A stretch of DNA of 64,000 nucleotides from a virus, in the IMG/VR virus record IMGVR_UViG_3300031857_000018, positions 96,001-160,000 of that record; one strand, written 5' to 3'. Positions within the stretch are counted from its first letter, which is position 1, and each line of letters starts with the position of its first letter. A program made the position numbers and the translations under genes. This document shows positions 26,975-39,258 of the stretch, in pieces. A model generated the notes under the pieces. The model ran no database searches. It saw only the letters and a list, made by a program, of their open reading frames with translations, and was not told the DNA's origin.

Positions 26975-27470
26975 AGTTTAATTGATTAACGTCACTTTGA
27001 TCGTCGGGTATGCCGGTGAGTGAATATCTATCTTTATTTAGATCCGCAGCTAGTTTAGTCTTAATAAACTGCTCCTCGCCTACCGGATCATATATGTTCC
27101 CTTGCGAATCTCGTACCCAGTAATGCGGAATAAACTTCCATTGATCAGCATATTCGCTAGTCTCAATCCACTGTTTTCTATCGTTAGCATCATTCCAATT
27201 CCCACCATCCGAAATAAACTCGCGTTTCATTTCTTCAGTGAAGTCAGCTTTATCGTATACGACTGAATCCGCCTTAAAATATCCTTCTACGCGATTCAAT
27301 TCTTGCGCCCCATGTTTTGTCAAAAACTGCATAAAACTCAACGCAGCAGGACCACAATTATCTCTTTTGCAGAAGTACTTCAGTTCCTTAGGACTTACGG
27401 TTTGTTTCCACTGAGCAATAAGACTCTCTGGCGATGCTGTCTCTTTCAATAAATCTTTTAATCGTATCAT
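26967..27470 (-). CDS. late protein, MIRLKDLLKE motif, papain/transglutaminase-like C-H-D triad
   Basis: DNCGPAA...HYWV...IYDP. Confidence 0.75.
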   Translation of the reverse strand: MIRLKDLLKETASPESLIAQWKQTVSPKELKYFCKRDNCGPAALSFMQFLTKHGAQELNRVEGYFKADSVVYDKADFTEEMKREFISDGGNWNDANDRKQWIETSEYADQWKFIPHYWVRDSQGNIYDPVGEEQFIKTKLAADLNKDRYSLTGIPDDQSDVNQLNYE

Positions 27471-27485
27471 ACGTATAAATATCGA

Positions 27486-27793
27486 TTAATTTGATAACGG
27501 TGCTTTAATTGTTGGGTGTGATTGTTACTTTATACTTCATTGTTTTGTCATTCATATCCATAATACCAAATACAACAGAATCCGTATCATCAGGATTAAT
27601 TAATGTAGGTGTTACGAGATAACCTTGCAGAATTTCTAAGTCTCTACGTATTTGTTTTACTAAATCAATAGGGATTTTAGTTTCAATTTCTGATTTTTCA
27701 AATGTTTCTGGATTGTAATAATCCGCTTTGTAATTTTCCATGATTTTTATTTTTTTAATTTGATAACGGTGCTTTAATGTGTGGGTGTGATTG
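27486..27793 (+). repeat. 39-bp imperfect direct repeat of the thyA 3' end flanking a small gene
   Basis: TTAATTTGATAACGGTGCTTTAAT(nnn)TGGGTGTGATTG at 27486-27524 and 27755-27793. Confidence 0.85.
27505..27741 (-). CDS. hypothetical protein
   Basis: ORF track. Confidence 0.7.
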   Translation of the reverse strand: MENYKADYYNPETFEKSEIETKIPIDLVKQIRRDLEILQGYLVTPTLINPDDTDSVVFGIMDMNDKTMKYKVTITPNN

Positions 27794-28897
27794 GTAGTTG
27801 CCTAGTTGAAGATCCTCCTCCAACAGACACTTGCAGAAGTTATCGTTGCTGAAACCTTCTACCACTGCTACGGCATCTATAGGTCCTACTCCACATTCTC
27901 CAGATTCAGTTGGCCACCACTCTGTGTTAATGTTTAAGGTTGGTAATGGATATGGTTCTCTTGTTAGTTGTTCCTTTGCTTGTTCAATATGATTAGAATA
28001 CAAATGCGTATCACCCAAGTTACCAATCAATTCATCTGGAACCATGTTCACTGCCTTTGCAATGATTTCAAGTAGTAAACCATAAGAAGCAATATTGAAT
28101 GGTAAACCTAAGAATGTATCTACTGAACGTTGGTTCCACATTAAAGAGATTGCTCTGGTTGGTATGTTATTTCTATCCCAAGATTCAACCGTCATAGGTG
28201 ATACAAACTCAGAATCATACTTAGCTAATTTTCTTCTTTCTTCCAAACTCAACTCTCTTGTATAAACTTGAAATCCATAATGACAAGGTGGAAGTGTCAT
28301 TTGGTCTAATTCACCTACATTCCAAGCTGAAACCATTAGGCGTCTTGAGTCTGGGTTTGTTTTAAGTTGGTATATGAGCACTCCTATTTGATCGTGCCAT
28401 AAAGATCCTTTAGCTAAAGGGTGAACATCAGGAATACTCAACCATCCTTGCCACTTTCTCCATTGTTTACCGTACACGGGACCTAAATCACCATATAGTT
28501 CTGAAAACTTATCGTTATTTTTAACCCAGTTAATAAATTCTTCTTTTGAAAAAGGTCTATTTTGGGTTTCATCGTTTTCATAAATAACACCATGAAGTTT
28601 ATCCTTTTCATATTTTTTTAAGTACGCTTTATACGCATCACCATCCCATATATGACAATCATTATCAACAAGGTATTTGATGTTCGTATCACCACGCAAG
28701 AACCACATTAGCTCTGTTGCTATAAGTCTGAATGGCATCTTTTTAGTTGTGAGCAAAGGAAACCCTTCTGACATCTTATGACGTATCTGCCTACCGAATA
28801 CAGATAGTGTTCCTGTACCTGTTCGGTCTTGTTTAGTTACTCCATTCTCTAAGATATCTTGGAGCAATGCTGTGTATTGTTTATCTAGCGTATTCAA
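27755..28897 (-). CDS. thyA: thymidylate synthase
   Basis: DRTGTGT, FPLLTTK, PDSRR, LPPCH, QRSVD.FLGLPFN, GDTHLY. Confidence 0.97.
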   Translation of the reverse strand: MNTLDKQYTALLQDILENGVTKQDRTGTGTLSVFGRQIRHKMSEGFPLLTTKKMPFRLIATELMWFLRGDTNIKYLVDNDCHIWDGDAYKAYLKKYEKDKLHGVIYENDETQNRPFSKEEFINWVKNNDKFSELYGDLGPVYGKQWRKWQGWLSIPDVHPLAKGSLWHDQIGVLIYQLKTNPDSRRLMVSAWNVGELDQMTLPPCHYGFQVYTRELSLEERRKLAKYDSEFVSPMTVESWDRNNIPTRAISLMWNQRSVDTFLGLPFNIASYGLLLEIIAKAVNMVPDELIGNLGDTHLYSNHIEQAKEQLTREPYPLPTLNINTEWWPTESGECGVGPIDAVAVVEGFSNDNFCKCLLEEDLQLGNYQSHPHIKAPLSN

Positions 28898-29241
28898 AAG
28901 TATAAGTCTTGTAATCGTTTAATTTCTGCAATTATATCTTTTAGTCGGTTGATCTCTGCAATCACATCGTCACCTAACTCAATCTTTGACATCATTGAGA
29001 TATCAACAAGCTGTGTTTCCAACAAGTGAATTAGTTGTTCTTCTGCAGATGCCGTAATCAGCTCTACTGGCTCCAATTGTCCCTCATTGAAAATATGCAA
29101 TAGACCATAGTCATCCATTTCTCCAACTACTCGAATGTCGCCACCCAATGTTTCAAACACACCTACGATTGTGCAAGGAAAATCATATCCTTTTGGTTTG
29201 TAGGCTTTGTCCCCTACCTGGAATTTTGTTTGTTTATTCAT
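28894..29241 (-). CDS. SH3-fold protein resembling type II DHFR (DfrB/R67)
   Basis: FQVGDKAYKPKG...IVG...GLLHIFNEGQLE parallels R67 FGMGDRVRKKSG...IVG...SVQIYPVAALE; overlaps thyA start. Confidence 0.5.
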   Translation of the reverse strand: MNKQTKFQVGDKAYKPKGYDFPCTIVGVFETLGGDIRVVGEMDDYGLLHIFNEGQLEPVELITASAEEQLIHLLETQLVDISMMSKIELGDDVIAEINRLKDIIAEIKRLQDLYF

Positions 29242-29506
29242 AACCTTCTACTAGTTTCATTATGTTTCGTGCTAACTCTCCTGCGGTGCGAGTGCCATCC
29301 AGGCTCCATTCAATAATCATATGCTCAACCTCAGCTGAGGTATCATACAAGCCATCAGCCTCAGCATCTGACACTAAGTCCTGTAATGCAACTTCCTGCC
29401 GTTGCTTTTTTGTCATTGTTGGTATCTCAACAGTAACATACTGTGGTGTCAATTGATCCGGTCCGATCCCAACGCACACTTCGATTGTTTTATTTCGTTT
29501 CGCCAT
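29234..29506 (-). CDS. hypothetical protein
   Basis: ORF track. Confidence 0.7.
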   Translation of the reverse strand: MAKRNKTIEVCVGIGPDQLTPQYVTVEIPTMTKKQRQEVALQDLVSDAEADGLYDTSAEVEHMIIEWSLDGTRTAGELARNIMKLVEGYE

Positions 29507-29602
29507 ATTTTTTTCTTAGGAATTCTGCGTATGCTACTCGTCGCTTAGGTTTAATGAAAACCCAACCATAAGTCATTTCAAACCATTTAATGAATCTATA
29601 TT

Positions 29603-29878
29603 TCATACTCGATGTGCTTCTAACAAGTTAATTAATGCTTGTGTTTTTGCAAAATCATAAAAACGAATAGCTGGGTCTGTTTCGAAAAATTCGGCAAACC
29701 ATTCACCATCTACAGTTTCATCTGATGCATTTGTTATGAGTTCGAATCCTCGAGCAATTGTATACGTATAATAATAAAATTCATCTTCCGTCCATGTATT
29801 GCCAAGATCGTCTTCACATTCTACACCTTCTTCGTGTTGTCGCTCAAAACCTAGTAATTGTATTTCTTTTTCTGTCAT
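29603..29878 (-). CDS. hypothetical acidic protein
   Basis: ORF track. Confidence 0.75.
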   Translation of the reverse strand: MTEKEIQLLGFERQHEEGVECEDDLGNTWTEDEFYYYTYTIARGFELITNASDETVDGEWFAEFFETDPAIRFYDFAKTQALINLLEAHRV

Positions 29879-29894
29879 AACTTATAATATAAAT

Positions 29895-30127
29895 TTATTC
29901 TATAATTTCAAAGTCTATATCGGGTATTGTTTCACAAAACATGAAATGAGTCTGTGTTCTCAGAGCATGGTCTGCCCCGACTGCTAACATGTACTGTTGC
30001 ACTATTTCCATGTTAGGTGGTTCATCTAATTTAGCAGCAAAACAGCTTACTGGCTTCTGCGTTATAATAATGTAAGCTACATCATTGTGCTTGTATACCT
30101 TCTGCATATTAACCTCATTAAAAGTGC

Positions 30128-30140
<13 letters not shown>
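29895..30140 (-). CDS. hypothetical protein
   Basis: ORF track. Confidence 0.65.
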
Positions 30141-32022
<1,882 letters not shown>

Positions 32023-32057
32023 TTATTTCCTTTTATAACTTTATTTAATATAAATAT

Positions 32058-34148
32058 TTACTGAGCCATTTCCAAGAATTTTTTGTTAATTGTTTTGGAA
32101 ACCTCGGTCATATTTTCTGGACGAATGAATTGAGCATCCTGACCATACATAGTTTTGAAACATCGCACATCAGTTTCATATGACCCGTGTGAGATGAAGT
32201 AACTAATAACATTGATACCTATCTCGCGCATTCCATCCACGCAACGCTTTGTGAACTGCACAGGATCAAACCAATAATCTGCTCCGCTAATTGCGGTAGG
32301 TGCTCCATCTGAGTAGTTAATGAAAATCAATTCATCGCCTTTAGCATCCGCTTTAATGTCATTCTCAATACTTTTGAATGCTACACCTTCCGGAGTACAA
32401 CCAAATGTGCTAAGATATTTGAACATGTTTCGGATCTTGCTAATCTTGTCGTGAGCTGAGTCATATGCATACACAGTCACACAACGCTCACTGCTTCCTG
32501 CAATATTGGATGTTCCTCGCAAAGATATTTGCACTCGGATTCCTGTGGTCATTGCTGCAGCTTGTGCGATTGCTACTGCTGAGGTAATTGCTTGTTCCAA
32601 CTTGTCGCCAGACATCGATCCGGATGCATCAATTGAAATATGAATAAAATAGTTCTTGTAACGGTCAGTTACGATGCGGTGGAACACATTAGCATTGTTA
32701 TATCCTAATTGTGATACCAATCGACGGTCAATCTTACCAGCTGTCAATCTAGTAGTTTTAAGTGTGCGGTCTGCACTACGTAGTTGCAATTTGTTTCCTA
32801 ACTGCTTGCCTAAAACAATACCTCGATTAACTGCTTCATTCATACGGACCATGTCTCGTACACCATACCCATTATCAGTGAGTTGTCGTTTTCCGTTAAT
32901 AACATCAGCCGCATTGCTAGAAAACAACTGAGGCAAACTGCATACAATAGATTGAGTTAGCTTCTTAATAACAACCGTTGTCACCGGACAGCCATCGCCT
33001 GCTTTGTTAGTATACACATCGCGGGTTTCGGTTCCTGACTCGCGAAGAGCATTAACAACTGCTGCATCACTTTTGCTAAGACGTCCTTGTTTCTTTTGCT
33101 CGCCGGACAAGAATTCTCGTTGAGCTTGGATAGCCTTTGCCAGTTTATCCAACTCTTTCATTGACATCTTAGGATGCGTTTCTTCTGATTGGTCGTCATC
33201 AGATCCATCGCCACCATCGCCAGGTTCTCCTTCGCCTTCGCTGTCAGACGGTTCGCCTTCTGAATCTGCATCTCCTGGTATTCCTGCTTGTGGAGTTCCT
33301 CCTGCTTGTGGTGTCGGCTGAGTTGTCCCGGGATTTGGTACTGATGGCAATGTGCCTACTGCGGATCTTACTATGCGGAACATATCAATAGCCAACATCA
33401 AAGCATCCTCGGTAGTCTTTAAGCGATCAATGTTGCGAAGATCTACTAGGTTCCATATATCTCGCAAAGCCTTAAGCGAATCTAATTGTCGGTTTGGATT
33501 AGTGAAGTTGATGATGTGGAACATGTACGTGTCCCAATCTTCATCGGTCTTCTCGTTTCCAATCAACGCTTTGTCAATAATTTTGTCGTTGAAGTATTTG
33601 TCATACATTGCTTCATAATACATACGGTATCCCGGAGCATTAGTATAGATTTTATAATCGATGCGACGGTCTTCAACCCAATTCAATAAGTCTTTGATTA
33701 CTGCAAAGTCGCGGTTGGTCATTGTCATTTCTGGATCCAAGCCTTGCATCTGAACAATCTTTCCCATCCTAGTACCAGATAATGAATGAGAACCTTTAAA
33801 CATGGTAAAGTCAGTGTATGCAATATGGGAACCTTCATGCAATGCTAATCCTACAGCTGGGTCAAAGTTCTTGTCCTCCAACTTGGTACCAATCACAACT
33901 TTCTCGCCATCGGTGTAACTTTGGTCGTTGCTTTGGAATACTACTGGGATCTGCTTGCCTGTAACGATATTAACAAAGTTACCGATAGCTCGTTGAGCTG
34001 CAGCCAATTTGGTAAAGTCGGTGCTTTTGCCTCGGCCAAAGTCGGTATCAAAATCTTCGTTTAACCAAAAGCTTGATGCTGCGCGTTGGTATCCGCGGAA
34101 GCCAGTGCCGGCTTGAATTGCATTGGGAAATTTAATGTCTCTTTTCAT
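32058..34148 (-). CDS. VWA-domain protein with N-terminal HExxH (CobT-like MoxR partner)
   Basis: ALHEGSH, NWVEDRRI, acidic linker, MIDAS DASGSM ... SDGAP. Confidence 0.88.
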   Translation of the reverse strand: MKRDIKFPNAIQAGTGFRGYQRAASSFWLNEDFDTDFGRGKSTDFTKLAAAQRAIGNFVNIVTGKQIPVVFQSNDQSYTDGEKVVIGTKLEDKNFDPAVGLALHEGSHIAYTDFTMFKGSHSLSGTRMGKIVQMQGLDPEMTMTNRDFAVIKDLLNWVEDRRIDYKIYTNAPGYRMYYEAMYDKYFNDKIIDKALIGNEKTDEDWDTYMFHIINFTNPNRQLDSLKALRDIWNLVDLRNIDRLKTTEDALMLAIDMFRIVRSAVGTLPSVPNPGTTQPTPQAGGTPQAGIPGDADSEGEPSDSEGEGEPGDGGDGSDDDQSEETHPKMSMKELDKLAKAIQAQREFLSGEQKKQGRLSKSDAAVVNALRESGTETRDVYTNKAGDGCPVTTVVIKKLTQSIVCSLPQLFSSNAADVINGKRQLTDNGYGVRDMVRMNEAVNRGIVLGKQLGNKLQLRSADRTLKTTRLTAGKIDRRLVSQLGYNNANVFHRIVTDRYKNYFIHISIDASGSMSGDKLEQAITSAVAIAQAAAMTTGIRVQISLRGTSNIAGSSERCVTVYAYDSAHDKISKIRNMFKYLSTFGCTPEGVAFKSIENDIKADAKGDELIFINYSDGAPTAISGADYWFDPVQFTKRCVDGMREIGINVISYFISHGSYETDVRCFKTMYGQDAQFIRPENMTEVSKTINKKFLEMAQ

Positions 34149-34296
34149 ATCAACTCTTTTTATATATTATAAATATAAGAAATTATTTGGTATTATCCAA
34201 CCAAAAAGATTAAAAAAATGGAGCTGTTTACACACTAACCGTTATGCCTATCAGGTTAAACGGGTCACTCCATTTTCTTGAGCTATGAAAAAGATC

Positions 34297-35448
34297 TTAG
34301 AATGGGATATTGTTTAAGTTATCTGTATCGGCTCCTACATTGAAAATGTCTTTCTCTGCAGTTGCCATATGTTTCTGAATAATTTGTTTCACAAAGGTTC
34401 TTTCAGAATCTGCACCTCCTGATGCATCAAAGAAAGGAAGGATTGCTACCTCAGCAGCTTCAATCAAAGTGAATCCATCTGCTAACAAGTCGCAAATACG
34501 AACCGTCATACGAGTGGATACCATGGTGCTGAGTTTACCGTCTTCAGATCTCCATTCTTTGCGAGTAGAGTCTGCAATGTCAGCCACTGCATGAATAAGC
34601 TCTGGTGTCACCTTGTTACCAAACTTATAAGTCAATAGTGCTGCTTCACGCTCCATGGAAAGGATATCAACCTCAATGATTTCGAAACGATCCATCAAGG
34701 CACGGTCAAGCACGCGTGTCGATGTATACTCGGTACCAATGTTTGCCGTAGCAATAAATGATACACCCTCAGCAACCTTAATAGTCGGAGCATCAACATC
34801 TTCGTCTAGGCGAAGGTAACGCTGACCCTCATCCAACACTGTCATAAGGATGTTCCATGCCTCAGGATGCGCACGAGACAACTCGTCAAGCAAGATTACA
34901 GCATTCTCAGTTTGGATAGCCTTCACAAACGCTGACTCGTCAAATGTGGTCTCGCCAGCTTTGAAATGCGTGTTACCAATCAGAGTAGCACGCGGATCCT
35001 GTGTAGCTCCTAAGTTAAAATAAAAGAATGCTCGGCCGGTTGCTTGTGGCAAAGCCTTTGCTGCTTGTGTCTTACCACAACCTGCAGGTCCTACCATCAT
35101 GATGTTCTTGCCACGAACTGCTGAACGAACCAAGTACTTCCATTTGATGTCAGACATTTCTAGGTCAGCCGGCTTGATGTTCTTAGCATTGTTAATGAAT
35201 GCCATCACCGGATCCATCTCTGTAGCTTCTGCTACTTGTGGGGTGCGTGGCTCTGCAGGAATATCTGCCATTGGCACTCGCTTACCGCGACACGTGTCAA
35301 AATTATACTTTAGCCCTTCCATGTTGGTTGCAGCCAAATTGATCATGTCCGCGCGGAACAAGTGCGTAATGTTTGCGCCGGTGTTTACCTCAATTACACG
35401 TACGCCTTTTGCATCGATTTCAACGATACCATAAGTTTCTTTTTTCAT
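34297..35448 (-). CDS. MoxR/CbbQ/NirQ-type AAA+ ATPase
   Basis: GPAGCGKT, LLDELSRA, IATAN, LDRALMDRF, STR. Confidence 0.92.
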   Translation of the reverse strand: MKKETYGIVEIDAKGVRVIEVNTGANITHLFRADMINLAATNMEGLKYNFDTCRGKRVPMADIPAEPRTPQVAEATEMDPVMAFINNAKNIKPADLEMSDIKWKYLVRSAVRGKNIMMVGPAGCGKTQAAKALPQATGRAFFYFNLGATQDPRATLIGNTHFKAGETTFDESAFVKAIQTENAVILLDELSRAHPEAWNILMTVLDEGQRYLRLDEDVDAPTIKVAEGVSFIATANIGTEYTSTRVLDRALMDRFEIIEVDILSMEREAALLTYKFGNKVTPELIHAVADIADSTRKEWRSEDGKLSTMVSTRMTVRICDLLADGFTLIEAAEVAILPFFDASGGADSERTFVKQIIQKHMATAEKDIFNVGADTDNLNNIPF

Positions 35449-35504
35449 AACTCTTTTGATTTTTATATATTATAAATATAAGAAATCTTTTGATAGAAAC
35501 CAAC

Positions 35505-36584
35505 CTATTTGTAAACTTTTTTCATAGTTCCGTCATTATATACTTCGAAATATATTCCGTGCATGGTGTTAAGACTGCCCGCGGATACTTCTTGACCCAT
35601 CATGTTAATTAGTTTAACAACATATTTGTCAGCTGTGTTATCAACTAGTATTGGTCCGTATATTTTAAATTTTCCGTCTTTGTCTACTTGAACTAAACGA
35701 TAATAATTCATGGTTGGCTCAAAGTCGTTGTCAATAAATGTATATGATGAAACCATAGTACTGTTTCCTACTGCTGGTTCCAGACCGATAACTGATTTTT
35801 CTGTAAACTCACTGGTCGTTGTTCGTTCAATCCAATAGTAATCTGAATTATGTTCTGAGGCTGTTTTCCATGCCAATAAGTTTCCAGATTGCGTTGGTAG
35901 TCCTTCGAAGGACATCATTTCTACCGGTAGCGGATCAATTTGAATTAGTTCAATATTATCTAACCACCATTCTTCCCCGGCTGAATTAACTCGACAATAA
36001 AAATCTACAGCAACTGATGTTAAGTTTGATGCTAACATCAATGTGTATGTTGCTGGAGTTGCGGTTGATGCTCCTGCTGCTGCTTGGTAAACATCGCCGG
36101 TTGGTGCTGCTGAATTTGTAAATGTTCCGTTTGCTGTATGTATAACTACACCGGTGTTGGTATAAGGCCATGTTGCATTTGAATTGCCTGTAATTCTCAT
36201 TTCATTTACATATGTGCCACCGTTTGCTGATACTTGCACACTTAAATAATCAGCAGCATCTAAACCGCGTGTTGCAGAAGCTGATGAGTATGTATAGGAT
36301 GCTACTCGGAATCTAAGTTCATACATTTTGGTTGGATCCAAAGTTACAGTTGGTAGTGAATACCAATCTTGTTCTATTCCAGATGAACCATTACCTACGC
36401 CAAGAATTGCTGCAGATGTGGATGGAGATACAGATGCATTAGTAAACCAACCTGATGTTGCACCAAACAACCAACCTGCTGACAGATAAGTTGTTGAAGA
36501 AGTTTCCATGTTATCGAATTCAATAACGGTTTGTGTTCTAGCAAATCCTGCTAAAAATACAAATGCTAATAATAGTTTATTCAT
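35505..36584 (-). CDS. secreted Bacteroidota-type protein with PLPVE Ig-like module and T9SS-like tail
   Basis: Signal peptide; PLPVEMMSF...WKTASEHNSDYY...YYRLVQVDKDG; NMMGQEV. Confidence 0.8.
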   Translation of the reverse strand: MNKLLLAFVFLAGFARTQTVIEFDNMETSSTTYLSAGWLFGATSGWFTNASVSPSTSAAILGVGNGSSGIEQDWYSLPTVTLDPTKMYELRFRVASYTYSSASATRGLDAADYLSVQVSANGGTYVNEMRITGNSNATWPYTNTGVVIHTANGTFTNSAAPTGDVYQAAAGASTATPATYTLMLASNLTSVAVDFYCRVNSAGEEWWLDNIELIQIDPLPVEMMSFEGLPTQSGNLLAWKTASEHNSDYYWIERTTTSEFTEKSVIGLEPAVGNSTMVSSYTFIDNDFEPTMNYYRLVQVDKDGKFKIYGPILVDNTADKYVVKLINMMGQEVSAGSLNTMHGIYFEVYNDGTMKKVYK

Positions 36585-36914
36585 GTGATTTGTTTTTGTG
36601 TTTTGTTTTACGGGTATATGTTTTTTTAGATTGTTCCGTTCTAGAAACAAATCGTCCATCAAAGAAGCCTTGTTGTTTTTGTGATTCTCGGGAAGCACCT
36701 AAATTAATTTTTAGTATCTGGTTGTTCATAACGTGACATTGTTTGTTCGAATGCTACTTCGTAGGCTCGAGCTAAATCAAATCGATGGTCATATTTTAGT
36801 TTGTCTACTAGTTCAAATACTTGTTCGTGCACACCTTGTTTGTATGCCTTCATCATTATCTCTTCAATTCGATCTGCCATTACTACACTCCAAATATAAT
36901 AAATAAAACTTTAA

Positions 36915-37382
36915 TTACCAAGCTCGGCAAGACCAATATCTTGCTTTTGTGCGAGGGCCTGGATTTTCACAATTATGTCTAGCTCTGAATGATTTTCTAC
37001 GAGCTGGATTAGATTTCTTTATGCGCATTGTTTTTTGACCAGCACGTTTTGCTGAGGTACCTCCGTGACCAAAGTTAACTTTAACTACATTGCCTTCTGC
37101 ATTGCGTACATACACTTTGAACTTCTTGACATCGCCACGCATTGGTTTGCCCAATTTAACTTTGCGTCCTTGGTACTCAGCTTCATTAAGACCAGGTTCA
37201 ATCAGATTAATATGTTCTGATTCATTAACACTGCGTTCAATGTATTCTACAAGACATTGAGCACAATATCCTTCTGCTTCTTTAATTGGAACACAGTTCG
37301 GAACTTTGCGTCCTCCTTTTTTCTTCATTCCAATCATTTCATATCCGGACCAGCATGGTGCAGATTCATCAATATAATTCAT
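36915..37382 (-). CDS. phage late protein (CWxGY...VPNCVP; RRKSFRARHNC...YWSC)
   Basis: ORF track; motifs recurrent in large-phage proteins. Confidence 0.85.
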   Translation of the reverse strand: MNYIDESAPCWSGYEMIGMKKKGGRKVPNCVPIKEAEGYCAQCLVEYIERSVNESEHINLIEPGLNEAEYQGRKVKLGKPMRGDVKKFKVYVRNAEGNVVKVNFGHGGTSAKRAGQKTMRIKKSNPARRKSFRARHNCENPGPRTKARYWSCRAW

Positions 37383-38129
37383 TTACAACTCCTGTCGTAT
37401 TGCTAATTTAGGTAAATATGATTTCCAAGTTGCCAACACCTTTTGCATTTCTGCATCAGTGATAGCACCACTTTCCACAAAGCCTTGCAAGAATGTTGTT
37501 ACTGCTTCGCGGAATGGTGTACGAGTCTTTTTTGCTTTAAGATATAGTCCATGTATCATTGCCGGAATTTCTTTTGGCAACATGAAGTATTTGAATGGTG
37601 GCACTTGTCCAGCCTCAATCTTCTTTCGCAGTGGCATATCCGATGCAATGTATTTGCCATCAATAGTATTCCATCCTGATTGAGTGATATGTTCGATTTC
37701 ATGTCGTAGCACATCTCGCAATTGCATTGCAACCTCACTTAAAACCTTAGGATACTCTGCAGGATCAATTTCGAATCGTACTTCAATTAATGGTGGTTCA
37801 TCAGAATCTCGTTTAGTGCTATTATAAGCATCGCCTCCATAATTAAAATTATTTAGGCCATCGATCCATTGCACTTTAAGTGAAAGATAAAACTCTAATG
37901 GAATAGTTTCGTTTGAAACCTCTTCAAAATATATCTCTTCAAGCTCATCACTAGTAATCTGTGGTGCAGTGGCTGCATCTGTAAAATATATCTTCTTGCC
38001 AGCAAACTCACCATTAGGATCCTTAGTTGATGCAAAACTATCTTTAACAACTGATAACAATGTACGCGATAAACTAGTAACTAACGCGTCATAGCGTCCT
38101 TCTGTAATAAGTGTTTTCATTGATATCAT
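37383..38129 (-). CDS. late protein, MISMKTLITE motif, HExxH metallopeptidase-like
   Basis: LRHEIEHITQ ... KEIPA. Confidence 0.8.
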   Translation of the reverse strand: MISMKTLITEGRYDALVTSLSRTLLSVVKDSFASTKDPNGEFAGKKIYFTDAATAPQITSDELEEIYFEEVSNETIPLEFYLSLKVQWIDGLNNFNYGGDAYNSTKRDSDEPPLIEVRFEIDPAEYPKVLSEVAMQLRDVLRHEIEHITQSGWNTIDGKYIASDMPLRKKIEAGQVPPFKYFMLPKEIPAMIHGLYLKAKKTRTPFREAVTTFLQGFVESGAITDAEMQKVLATWKSYLPKLAIRQEL

Positions 38130-38140
38130 ATTAATAAATA

Positions 38141-38698
38141 TCAGCCTAATAAATTATAGTTCCAGAATGTTTCTTTGTCTTTGTTGAATGGATTACCGGT
38201 TTGTTGATAGTAACAGTTCAAGCAAAGCATCTGCAAATTTTCTATGCGATGATTGGTTTCATCCCCATCCATATGATCTAATAACAACGGCACTGTGTCG
38301 TCTGTTACCCTGCGTTCAGCATATCCACAACATGCACATTGCTCCGGCATAATGTTCAAGGCGAAGAGTCTGTTGCGAAGTTTCCAACCCGGATAATTTG
38401 GATAATGTCCTTCTAGTATTTTATCAATTGAATATATACCTGCTGTGGCTCGTTGTGAGTCTTTGGTAATGCCTAAGCCGGCTTGGTTGGTATGCAGATC
38501 ATAAAGTGTCTTACCTGTTTCCCGATCCACATACATTTTTGCATATTTCTTCCAGGTAGTGAAAGACACTTTGAGAAAGCGTGCCGCTTCTGCATTTGAT
38601 TTGGTGTTGGACATAGCATAACGAATATCTGACTCTGGCAGGTTAAAAGATTCCCTGCCTCGTCCATATACATATTTATACTGCTTGTCCATAATCAA
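38141..38698 (-). CDS. HNH endonuclease with N-terminal HTH
   Basis: CACCG...LDHMDGDETNHRIENLQMLCLNC; EAARFLKVSFTTWKK. Confidence 0.85.
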   Translation of the reverse strand: MIMDKQYKYVYGRGRESFNLPESDIRYAMSNTKSNAEAARFLKVSFTTWKKYAKMYVDRETGKTLYDLHTNQAGLGITKDSQRATAGIYSIDKILEGHYPNYPGWKLRNRLFALNIMPEQCACCGYAERRVTDDTVPLLLDHMDGDETNHRIENLQMLCLNCYYQQTGNPFNKDKETFWNYNLLG

Positions 38699-39081
38699 TA
38701 AACACCCTTTTTACGAAGCTCTAATACCGCGGTTTTAGGCAGTGTCTTGCGTTCCCACATTTCACGCATCTCAGGCTTTAAGTTTCTGGTAAAGTCGAGG
38801 AACGTGGCCGGATATACCCCACTACGACGCTTTACTTCATCATACCAAGTAGAATAGGTTGAATACAATTCATCAAAGCGTTCTGCATCTGACATTGTAT
38901 CTTGATGTTCGAGTTGATCCTTAAGTGGCCACAAATCAATTGGCACATTTGGATCTTTGCGACGTGCTGGTAGGCGTGGTTGATTCTTTTCTCGATTTAT
39001 ATTTCGTGTGATGAATTTATCCATCATATTAATACTACGATCTTTCGGGGACATCCCGGAGTGTGCAGATTTTTTACCCAT
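38695..39081 (-). CDS. hypothetical protein
   Basis: ORF track. Confidence 0.75.
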   Translation of the reverse strand: MGKKSAHSGMSPKDRSINMMDKFITRNINREKNQPRLPARRKDPNVPIDLWPLKDQLEHQDTMSDAERFDELYSTYSTWYDEVKRRSGVYPATFLDFTRNLKPEMREMWERKTLPKTAVLELRKKGVY

Positions 39082-39258
39082 AACCTTATTTCATTTTTTC
39101 TGTTAATACAACTATTCGTCTCCAAACATCTTCTGCTTGGTATATATACTTTTTGAACTCAACTACATTTTGTATAGTTCGTGCCTGATCTGCTTTGCGC
39201 AGGATTCGATGATATCGGGCGTGTAAAAACCCAATGCGAATTTTTCTTATCCAATTAA

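Noticed and set aside
27755-28897. Intron or intein in thyA
   Set aside because: The frame is continuous and the insertions are short with no intein motifs
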